DNA of 64,000 nucleotides from an uncultured Candidatus Actinomarina sp. (GTDB taxonomy: Bacteria > Actinomycetota > Acidimicrobiia > Actinomarinales > Actinomarinaceae): assembly GCA_902555055.1 (NCBI GenBank), contig CACDQN010000004.1, forward strand, positions 11,514-75,513, in the 5' to 3' direction. The position numbers and the translations under genes were made by a program. The notes beneath the pieces are model-generated. The model had not been told where the DNA came from, made no database searches, and was given only the letters and a program-made list of their open reading frames with translations. This document shows positions 56,560 through 64,000 of the stretch, in pieces (the stretch's first letter is position 1; every line of letters starts with the position of its first letter).

Positions 56560-58557
56560 TCAATTATTTTTTAAGTGACCATCAATATATAGCTTCCTGT
56601 AAATTATTCCTAAAGCAATGTTAAAAAGAAAAATAATCACACCATCAGCAAGCATTATTGAATCTGTCTTTAATTCCAAACTTAATAATAATGAAAAAAT
56701 AATAAAGGTTATTGACGCGTTTTTAAAACTCATATCTACTAATAAGAACAGAAAATACCTAAAAATATATATTGAGAAAATCAATAACCCAATTAATCCA
56801 AATTTATTTAGGACCTGTAATAACATTGAGTGAGGACCTGAAGCAACTTTCCTTTCGGTAAATTTAATAATATTCAAATAAGCACCTGAACCATGACCAA
56901 AGATAAGCTCAGTAAAATTAGGTTTATACCCTGAGGCAAACATTGTCCAAGGTAAAGTTCTGTTTAGCCGATCACTAATAACCTCAAATCCATATAAATC
57001 AGTTTGTAGAGAACCTATATTTGTTAAATTCGATTCTTCTACAAAAAATGGTTCGTCTCTTTCAAAAATTGGAATAAATTGAAATAATATAACAACAGAT
57101 ATAACCAGTGAAATTAATTCTATTTTATATCTCTTAAAAAATGTTACAACCAATAAAAATATTAAGATAAGTATTATTAATGCTGTAAATCTCGACTGTG
57201 ATAAAAGCGCTGTGGAACATGATAAAATTATATAAATAAAATTTTTCGAAGATCTATTGAGATAAAAATTTATTGCAAAGAAACAAAAACAAAATAATTG
57301 AAGATTGCTAAAAATTTCGTAATGAGTATTAATTCCTCTCCAAGTTTGTATCTCTCCAAAATCGATCATTTCTGAATTTCGAGTTAAGAAAAATAAAAAT
57401 TCAGATATTGAATTAAAAAAATAATTTATTCCTGTAAAAATAGCAAGTATAGGATAAAAAATTAGGATATTAGAACCGGTCTGAATTTCATCTTTGAAAT
57501 CGTTAAATTCGATATTTTTTATTTGATTTACTAAAAACATAAATAATACACAAAAATTTAAATACCAAATAAAGCTTGGAATATGATATTTAAAATCTGG
57601 AAGAAAGGAAACCATGATCCCCCATCTATTTGGATAATTTACATCTTTTAAATTTCTTGATAAATTTACTACTTCTTTTTTTAACTCTTCATTATTAATT
57701 TGATATATATTTTCATTTAAAAATACAATGTCTTTTTGTTCAAGATAAGTATTTTTAGTAGTTTCAAAATCTAAATTACCTACTATATTTTTATATTCAT
57801 TTGGATTTTCTATAATTTGTGTTTCAATGCTAGGAGTACTCAATAGTGGTGAAAGTAAACTAAAAGAAAGTACAAAAATTAAAATTAAAAAATTTTTATT
57901 TTTAAAGCTTATCTTTTTTTCTAATAAGAAATTAAATAATAAAAAATAAATCATAAAATCAAACATCCAGCTAATTCCAAATCCTGTACTGAAGAATGGA
58001 AAGAGGCATAAAATGAATAATTTGATATAAGATTTTCGATGTTTTGAATATATAAATGCAACAAAAGCTTTAAAAATAGAAAAAGTTACAAATATTAAAT
58101 TATAAAAAAATGTTTCGAAGTCAACATAAATAGAAGTAATTGTAAAACTTGCAAATAGGCCAATAAACAGAATAGTAAAAAACTTAAAATCTATAGCTTT
58201 TAAAGTTTGTTTGTAATTTACACCTTTTAGAAGAACAGTAGCTACAACTATCAAAATCAAGATTTGTTGTACTAATACTCTTGCCTGTCTGGGGAGAAAT
58301 ATCTTAAATAATTCTGGAATACCATTTTGATTATAAATTGTTTCGGAAACAGTAAACACACAAATTTTTCCCTGGGAAGATTCGTTTACAAACTGTGTAT
58401 TAATAGACAAGTTAGTTAAATTCTCAAGATTGATAAATTTTATTTTCAGATACTCAAATATCACAAAATTTGTACAGCCATTTACTAGATATATGGTTAC
58501 AAAAAAAACGATAAAAACTAAAAATTGATTTTTCTTAAGATAGGAATCTACTGACAT
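56560..58557 (-). CDS. Large polytopic membrane protein, O-antigen ligase/polymerase (Wzy_C)-like
   Basis: 665 aa, more than 12 TM. LIFGHGSGAYLN resembles the G-x-G-x-G block C-terminal to the Wzy_C loop. Tentative. Confidence 0.45.
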   Translation of the reverse strand: MSVDSYLKKNQFLVFIVFFVTIYLVNGCTNFVIFEYLKIKFINLENLTNLSINTQFVNESSQGKICVFTVSETIYNQNGIPELFKIFLPRQARVLVQQILILIVVATVLLKGVNYKQTLKAIDFKFFTILFIGLFASFTITSIYVDFETFFYNLIFVTFSIFKAFVAFIYSKHRKSYIKLFILCLFPFFSTGFGISWMFDFMIYFLLFNFLLEKKISFKNKNFLILIFVLSFSLLSPLLSTPSIETQIIENPNEYKNIVGNLDFETTKNTYLEQKDIVFLNENIYQINNEELKKEVVNLSRNLKDVNYPNRWGIMVSFLPDFKYHIPSFIWYLNFCVLFMFLVNQIKNIEFNDFKDEIQTGSNILIFYPILAIFTGINYFFNSISEFLFFLTRNSEMIDFGEIQTWRGINTHYEIFSNLQLFCFCFFAINFYLNRSSKNFIYIILSCSTALLSQSRFTALIILILIFLLVVTFFKRYKIELISLVISVVILFQFIPIFERDEPFFVEESNLTNIGSLQTDLYGFEVISDRLNRTLPWTMFASGYKPNFTELIFGHGSGAYLNIIKFTERKVASGPHSMLLQVLNKFGLIGLLIFSIYIFRYFLFLLVDMSFKNASITFIIFSLLLSLELKTDSIMLADGVIIFLFNIALGIIYRKLYIDGHLKNN

Positions 58558-58566
58558 ATGTATGTA

Positions 58567-59280
58567 TCAGTTTGTTGATAATTGACTTAAAACACCATTA
58601 TCAATGACAATGCTTGAACCGTGTAAAATACTTCGATGCTTAATTAAAAGATCAATAATCAAATTTGAAACTTCCTCTGGTTGTAATATTTTTTTTGAGG
58701 GTAGTTGGTTTTTCAAATCATTTACTTCTTTTTCATTCACACTATTTAATAACATGGGTGAATCCATAGCACCAAGAATCAATTCAAATATCGACATCTT
58801 ATCTTGTTTTTCAAGAGTTAAACCCTGAATTAAGCCCCTTAGTGCAGACTTACTTGATGCATACAAAGTGTTATTGACTGTTGTTGCTATTGCGTGTACA
58901 GAAGAAATAACACAAATACTACTAAATTCAGAAAATTCACTTTCTAACATTTCTATCAGAACATAGATAGATTTTGTATTTACAGAAAAAACTTCATCAA
59001 ATGTCTTTGAAATATTAGATAGATTTTTTTGTGGATTTTTTTGTACAGCAGCACAATGTATGATTGAATCTATTTTAGAATTTTCTAACTTTACTTTAAT
59101 TTTTTCAATGTCATCCATAGAGATGCTTGCTAAGTCCACAACAATATCGGTATTCCTACCTTCATCGATATCAATACCTATGGTTTTTAAACCTTTTTCG
59201 TTAAGAACTTTAACTAAATTTTCACCTAGGCCAGAACTAGAGCCAGTTATAAGAAAATAATTTTTATTAGTCATAACCAA
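58567..59280 (-). CDS. Short-chain dehydrogenase/reductase (SDR)
   Basis: TGSSSGLG cofactor motif and YASSK catalytic Y-x3-K. Confidence 0.85.
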   Translation of the reverse strand: MVMTNKNYFLITGSSSGLGENLVKVLNEKGLKTIGIDIDEGRNTDIVVDLASISMDDIEKIKVKLENSKIDSIIHCAAVQKNPQKNLSNISKTFDEVFSVNTKSIYVLIEMLESEFSEFSSICVISSVHAIATTVNNTLYASSKSALRGLIQGLTLEKQDKMSIFELILGAMDSPMLLNSVNEKEVNDLKNQLPSKKILQPEEVSNLIIDLLIKHRSILHGSSIVIDNGVLSQLSTN

Positions 59281-60187
59281 GCCAGTTTAATAAAATTTCA
59301 GTAACTTGGCTGTTTACAGAAGCATTTGCTTCATGAGTATTAGAAGCGTTATGAGATGAAAATACAACATTTTCAAATGTTTTTAATTGACTATCTTTAT
59401 TTATGGGTTCATTTTCAAATACATCAAGTGCACATCCAGAAATTAATTCCTCTTCTAAAGCTTCAATTAAGTCTTTTTCGTTAATGATGCTTCCTCTAGA
59501 AACATTCACAATGTATGGTTTCTTTCCTAGACTATTAAAAAAGTCACTATTTAATAAGTTTTTAGTATCGTTTGTTAATGAAGCAGTAATAACCAAAATA
59601 TCACAGTTTTCTTTTATGTATTCGATATTCTTTTTCTCACCTAAGTTGTTTTCTACATTTTCAACATATGGATCACTAAAGTAAATATTGGCGCCAAAAG
59701 ATTTCAAAATCTTGGCAGTTTGCTGACCTATTCTTCCAAATCCTACAAGACCAATGTCTTTATTCATTATTCTTGTACCCGTTGGCTTATGCCATAAATT
59801 ATTATTTAAAACTTTGAGATGAATCTCAGGAATATTTTTCAAAAGTGAACCAATTAAAAAGACTGTGTGTTCAGCAACATCTTTGTAAATATCTCCTGGA
59901 CTATTTAGTACTTTCGGTTCTGTATTTGTTATGTTTATGTTGTCAACTCCAGCACCCCACTTAATTATTAAATCTAAATTTTTACATTCATCTAATAAAG
60001 AGTCATCAATCTGATCATCTCCTACAACAGCGATTGATGCATCTTTCAAGAACAGTTTCATTTCATTTAATAAAAATCCTTGGCCATCAGGTTTTTTGAA
60101 GTCAATCTTTACATCATGTTTTCTTAACAAGTTATTTATATGATTTAATTCGGGAAAGTACCTAGGGCAAGTAACTACGATATTCAT
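59267..60187 (-). CDS. D-isomer-specific 2-hydroxyacid dehydrogenase family protein
   Basis: GLVGFGRIGQQTA NAD motif, SRGSIINEKDLIEALEE, ALDVFENEP, SSHNASNT. Confidence 0.85.
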   Translation of the reverse strand: MNIVVTCPRYFPELNHINNLLRKHDVKIDFKKPDGQGFLLNEMKLFLKDASIAVVGDDQIDDSLLDECKNLDLIIKWGAGVDNINITNTEPKVLNSPGDIYKDVAEHTVFLIGSLLKNIPEIHLKVLNNNLWHKPTGTRIMNKDIGLVGFGRIGQQTAKILKSFGANIYFSDPYVENVENNLGEKKNIEYIKENCDILVITASLTNDTKNLLNSDFFNSLGKKPYIVNVSRGSIINEKDLIEALEEELISGCALDVFENEPINKDSQLKTFENVVFSSHNASNTHEANASVNSQVTEILLNWLGYD

Positions 60188-60834
60188 ATTTTTTTTTCTA
60201 AAAATATTCTTGCTAATTCAAAATCTTCAAAATTATCGATATCAATATTTTCAGGAAAACTTATTTCAAAAATGTCAGATTTATCATTTATTCTATTCTT
60301 GTTCTTATTAAAAGTTTCTTTAGTAAAAATATAAAACGCTGAATTTTCGGCATATAAAGGCTCCAGGTCTTGGGTTTGAACCAGATTATTTATATCGTGA
60401 TTTATAGGTTTCAAATCTTTGTCATAAAATCTCTCTTGTAATTTGTTAACAGAAAAAATATCTTTTTTCTTATCAAAATGAAATTTTATAGCTTGGTCTA
60501 TTGTATTTGTTTTTAGTAACGGACTGGTTGTATGAACTTGAATAATAGTTTGATTTGTACACTCATCAAGGGAGGAGTCAATTATTTTATTCATTGAAAC
60601 TTCGTCTCCAAATAATTCATTGGGTCTTTTACAAAATTTAATTGAATCAAAATATTTTGACACTTCTTGAACTGTGAAATCATCGTCATGATTGATAACT
60701 ATTTCATCAACAAATTCTGAATGGAGTAAATTATCAATTATCCAGAAAAATAGAGGCTTTGAGTTAATTTCTAGAAAATTTTTATTTGGGATTCTCTGAG
60801 AATTTCTTTTAATTGGAACTAATGCTGTAATCAT
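60184..60834 (-). CDS. CMP-sugar-type cytidylyltransferase (NeuA/KdsB-like, CTP_transf_3)
   Basis: The N-terminal ALVPIKRNSQRIPNKNF matches the acylneuraminate cytidylyltransferase P-loop-like motif. 216 aa. Confidence 0.75.
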   Translation of the reverse strand: MITALVPIKRNSQRIPNKNFLEINSKPLFFWIIDNLLHSEFVDEIVINHDDDFTVQEVSKYFDSIKFCKRPNELFGDEVSMNKIIDSSLDECTNQTIIQVHTTSPLLKTNTIDQAIKFHFDKKKDIFSVNKLQERFYDKDLKPINHDINNLVQTQDLEPLYAENSAFYIFTKETFNKNKNRINDKSDIFEISFPENIDIDNFEDFELARIFLEKKI

Positions 60835-61763
60835 ATTTTGGGCGGGTAAAAGTATAGTTCTGTCATTTTATTTTTATCAATCGTTTTATTAAAACCATTA
60901 TATGTTCCATAAAATTGGTTATATCTATATTTCAAAATATCAGTTAAATTTTTAAATGGTAATTTTGAATATTTTCTCTTTCTAATGTCATAAAACATTC
61001 CTCTAAAAAATCCCTGTATACAAGCAATTAAAGTTGAGTTGTATAATTTTAAATTATATTTACTCGAGTATATTTTATGTTCATCAAAAATAACTTTCAA
61101 AGCTTCGGATTCTCTTCTGTACCTATTTCTAATAGTCTTGTAGTTTTCTTTGTGCAAGTGTTGAACATCAGATTCATTCGAGTAATATAATTTCCAACCT
61201 TTAGATTTTGCATAAAGACCAAAATTTATATCTTCTAAACCAGTAAGTATTTCATCAAATTTTATTTCTTCCCATAGACTTTTTCTATATGCGGCATTGC
61301 CGTTGTTCAAAAAAATATCTTCTCTTACCATAGATTCACCTGAGAACCATTTTTTCTGAACTGATGCCTCGGAGAATCTAGTATTTTCATGTGGAGATTG
61401 CTTGCCAAAAACAATTCCTATATTGCTGTTTGAGAAAGGCTGTGTTATATTTTTAAGCCATTCTTCAGAAGTTGGAAAGCAATGAGCGCTCAAAGATATT
61501 ACAATCTCTCCCGAAGCTTTACTAAAACCTATATTTAGTGACTTCCCAAAAGTAAACTCTTCTTTTTTAATATGTGTTAATTGAACATTGTTTGAATTGT
61601 TTAAACAATTTTTTATAGTATTTAAAGTACCATCTGTGCTTCCAGAATCTACAAAAATTATTTCAAAATCTTTATAGGTCTGTTTTAAAATTAATGGGAT
61701 AAGTACCTGAAGATTTTCGTTTTCATTAAGACATCTAACTACAATTGAAACTTTTTTATTCAA
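60831..61763 (-). CDS. GT2 glycosyltransferase
   Basis: VSIVVRCLNE, IIFVDSGSTDGT and LEDINF (DxD-like) motifs. 310 aa. Confidence 0.85.
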   Translation of the reverse strand: MNKKVSIVVRCLNENENLQVLIPLILKQTYKDFEIIFVDSGSTDGTLNTIKNCLNNSNNVQLTHIKKEEFTFGKSLNIGFSKASGEIVISLSAHCFPTSEEWLKNITQPFSNSNIGIVFGKQSPHENTRFSEASVQKKWFSGESMVREDIFLNNGNAAYRKSLWEEIKFDEILTGLEDINFGLYAKSKGWKLYYSNESDVQHLHKENYKTIRNRYRRESEALKVIFDEHKIYSSKYNLKLYNSTLIACIQGFFRGMFYDIRKRKYSKLPFKNLTDILKYRYNQFYGTYNGFNKTIDKNKMTELYFYPPKI

Positions 61764-62587
61764 ATTAACTCAATTGTATACCAAGTGTGAAAATTATTAT
61801 CGTTCGGTATGTAAATTAAATTATTTTTTACAGCTGTTTGAATATCTTTTAAGCCAGAATTGCAAGGTTCTAAAACATTTACGTTTAAATTATTCCAACC
61901 TCCTCTAGATTGAAATATCCAAAAATATGGCAATGTGTCTTTGTCGTATTCTAAAATACAAATATTGTCTTTTTGATCAAATATTTTAATTTCGCTATTT
62001 ATTCCGTAAAAATACACAAAGTCATTTCTTCTTTCGTCAGCATTTATAGAAGTTAAAAAATCATTAAGATTATCTTCTTGTACTATGTTTCCAAATTGAT
62101 TATCTACTTTTTTAAATGATTCAAATTCAAATTCAACTGCATGGTTATTTATTGGTAAAGCAAGATGAAGTTTAAATAAATAATTTTTAAATTTAATTTT
62201 TTTTATATCTAAATTAACTATTAACTTATTACCAATAAGCTCAAATTTTTTAAATATTATTGAATTGGAAAAATACCCATCACACTTAATCTCAAGGCTA
62301 GTTGCGGAATGGTTTATTATTTCCCACGTAGAAGACCAAAGCTCTCCATGATCAGGAGCTTGTTTATCATTCATAAGTTCAACTTTATCATTTGGATATA
62401 ATTCTTCGTATCCCCCAATCCATTGTGAATCGTAATCAGAATATGCAACAGGTTTAAAATCTTTTCTTTTTTTATTGCTAAACCACACCCAGTCATATTC
62501 ACTTATCTTATTTTCAAGACGAGTAATTTTCCCGCCGTACTTTTCATCAATGTCTACGGCAATATAATTATTTTCTAAGGTCAGCAT
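61760..62587 (-). CDS. Hypothetical protein, possibly galactose-mutarotase-like fold
   Basis: 275 aa. The N-terminal LENNYIAVDIDEKYGGKITRLENK and later VLEPCNS resemble aldose-epimerase-like proteins. Weak. Confidence 0.35.
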   Translation of the reverse strand: MLTLENNYIAVDIDEKYGGKITRLENKISEYDWVWFSNKKRKDFKPVAYSDYDSQWIGGYEELYPNDKVELMNDKQAPDHGELWSSTWEIINHSATSLEIKCDGYFSNSIIFKKFELIGNKLIVNLDIKKIKFKNYLFKLHLALPINNHAVEFEFESFKKVDNQFGNIVQEDNLNDFLTSINADERRNDFVYFYGINSEIKIFDQKDNICILEYDKDTLPYFWIFQSRGGWNNLNVNVLEPCNSGLKDIQTAVKNNLIYIPNDNNFHTWYTIELI

Positions 62588-62592
62588 ATTTT

Positions 62593-63699
62593 TTAAATTC
62601 CATTTCTTAAGTTTAAAAAGTCAATATTTGACTTTGTTAAATTTATAAAATTAAATCCTTTTTTTTCTAAAGATGTTATTTGTTTTTCAAATATTTTTAC
62701 ATGTTTAGAGTAATATTTACCCATATCTCTGTCTTCAAAAAATGATGTATGAGTTACTTTGTGTGAGTCTATATCCTGATTTGTTGAAGTGGAATATTTC
62801 CAAAAATTTAGTTCATCTTTGTCTCTTCCATCAAAACCGCCTAGATATATATTTTTTCCCAGCATGGTAGCAACAGGTAACATAAATTCAGTAAGAACAT
62901 TACTTGTTTTTTTCATAGCTATGTATTTGCCATCAGAATCTTTATATGTAGAAGTTGAGTTTGTTTCTAAGCCAATTATAAATCTTTCATCTATCTTCCA
63001 AACATATTTTAAAATAGGAAAACACTCAATTGGACAAATAATAAAAAAGTTTTTTTTTGAAAATTTATTTATAACTTCTTTTTTAAACTTAAGGGCCTCT
63101 TCACTTGTGCCAAAATGGTATACGGGGTCAGCAAAGCATAGAATAATATTTTCATTTTTCCATAATAAATCTTCGTAAATTGAAGAATTACAAGTAATGA
63201 TTACTTCATCATTATTTGGAAAAGATTTAATTGCTTTATTAAAACTAGGGCCTGTTCCCAGAATGCAAATCTCACTTTTCTTGTATTGAGAAATTAATCT
63301 TCTTAAGTTGCTTAAAGAAGTCTTTTTGTAGTCATTTCTTTCATTGATGGAGCTGAAGTCGTAAAACCATAGTCGCATCCTTGTTGATGCTTCGGACGTA
63401 AGGAAAAAGTTTTTATCGATAATTCTAAGATTTGGTAATTGAAAAAAATGCTTTAAAATCAGACTAAATTTAACCTCATTAATAAAAATTAATGAAGATT
63501 TTGTTAATTTATTTATAACTTTTACATCACTCGGTATATACAGATTTTCAATTGATGAAATATTTCTATCTAAAAAAAATACCGTCTCATATTTTTTTTT
63601 ATTGTTAAATTGAAATTTTCTTAATATAGCCCATATAAATATTTTTATTAATTTAGCTGGCTTAAAAGAGTTAATTTGGGAAATACTTATTGGCAACAT
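62593..63699 (-). CDS. Hypothetical protein with DUF115/Maf-like (MptE-like) motifs, putative glycosyltransferase
   Basis: 368 aa. ICILGTGPSFNKAI, IITCNSSI and MLGKNIYLGGFDG resemble the G-x-GPS, and G-x-D blocks of DUF115 proteins. Tentative. Confidence 0.35.
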   Translation of the reverse strand: MLPISISQINSFKPAKLIKIFIWAILRKFQFNNKKKYETVFFLDRNISSIENLYIPSDVKVINKLTKSSLIFINEVKFSLILKHFFQLPNLRIIDKNFFLTSEASTRMRLWFYDFSSINERNDYKKTSLSNLRRLISQYKKSEICILGTGPSFNKAIKSFPNNDEVIITCNSSIYEDLLWKNENIILCFADPVYHFGTSEEALKFKKEVINKFSKKNFFIICPIECFPILKYVWKIDERFIIGLETNSTSTYKDSDGKYIAMKKTSNVLTEFMLPVATMLGKNIYLGGFDGRDKDELNFWKYSTSTNQDIDSHKVTHTSFFEDRDMGKYYSKHVKIFEKQITSLEKKGFNFINLTKSNIDFLNLRNGI

Positions 63700-63768
63700 T
63701 TAATAATCATTATAGAAATAATTAAAATCAAAGTTTTTATTATGTAAAATGTAATAGCTGAGTTAAAA

Positions 63769-64000
63769 ATGCTATTAAAAAATATTAAAATCTACCTAAA
63801 CAACAGATATAAAGGGACTATTCATAATATTTATTATTTTTTGAAAAATTTTGCTAGTAGAGAAATTAAGAATCTTGAACAAAAAATTGATACAAAAAGC
63901 GATATATGGATTTTTGATAGTTCTTCAAAGCTAACCAGATACTCGTTATATTCTGTTTTTAGCTTTCTTCTCACAAGTGAATTAAAGAAAAGAAAATTAA
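63769..64000 (+). CDS. 5' part of an ORF running off the right edge (MLLKNIKIYLNNRYKGTIHNIYYF...)
   Basis: ATG at 63769 and open to the end of the window (77 codons). Divergent from the 62593-63699 gene. Function unknown. Confidence 0.3.
   Translation, partial: MLLKNIKIYLNNRYKGTIHNIYYFLKNFASREIKNLEQKIDTKSDIWIFDSSSKLTRYSLYSVFSFLLTSELKKRKL

Noticed and set aside
52024-63178. Short plus-strand ORFs inside the island operons (52024, 52665, 53706, 56618, 58604, 59060, 59403, 62789).
   Set aside because: All are antisense to longer minus-strand genes with clear enzyme motifs or operon coupling. Their products have A+T-driven low-complexity composition.

Overview
This is an A+T-rich bacterial chromosome segment (by eye about one-third G+C or lower; not computed). 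Genes are densely packed and often overlap, as in a streamlined marine heterotroph. Three markers hint at an actinobacterial-type lineage: a Rieske protein with an internal twin-arginine motif, a dihaem cytochrome c beside Rieske/cytochrome b, and an MshA-like GT4. Taxonomy cannot be settled from this window. No rRNA, CRISPR array, transposase, integrase or phage genes were recognised. All family assignments rest on motif recognition by eye, without HMM or BLAST support.

Positions 1-37.3 kb are core metabolism:
- glyoxylate shunt (aceA-aceB) and split transhydrogenase pntAA-pntAB-pntB
- glycerate kinase
- a tnaA / HExxH-lipoprotein / GH57-lipoprotein operon
- a nucleoside hydrolase
- a 9-gene minus-strand respiratory operon: membrane protein, 2x[4Fe-4S] ferredoxin, split cytochrome b, Rieske, enlarged dihaem cytochrome c, small membrane protein, NfeD, SPFH
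- a divergent operon encoding a cbb3-like CcoN/CcoO/cytochrome c set whose CcoN-like subunit contains only four histidines
- rimK with its partner protease
- an enterobacterial-looking nrdA-nrdB-yfaE operon preceded by tandem NrdR-box-like palindromes

Positions 37.4-64 kb are a cell-envelope glycosylation island that continues past the right edge. It is punctuated by tRNA-Val(TAC) and tRNA-Arg(TCG). It carries two DegT aminotransferases, an oxidoreductase/aminotransferase/LpxA-like triad, gmd-fcl, three GT2 and two GT4 enzymes (a third GT4 lies in the core region), four large polytopic GT-C/Wzy-like membrane proteins, a CMP-sugar-type cytidylyltransferase module, and a Thr-rich peptidoglycan-binding lipoprotein.

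The observations most worth following up are:
- the ligand-poor oxidase-like core
- a ~40-aa N-terminal module plus low-complexity linker shared by three respiratory proteins across two operons
- a 788-bp repeat-bounded mini-element at tRNA-Val
- a glycosyltransferase ORF whose stop codon lies inside tRNA-Arg
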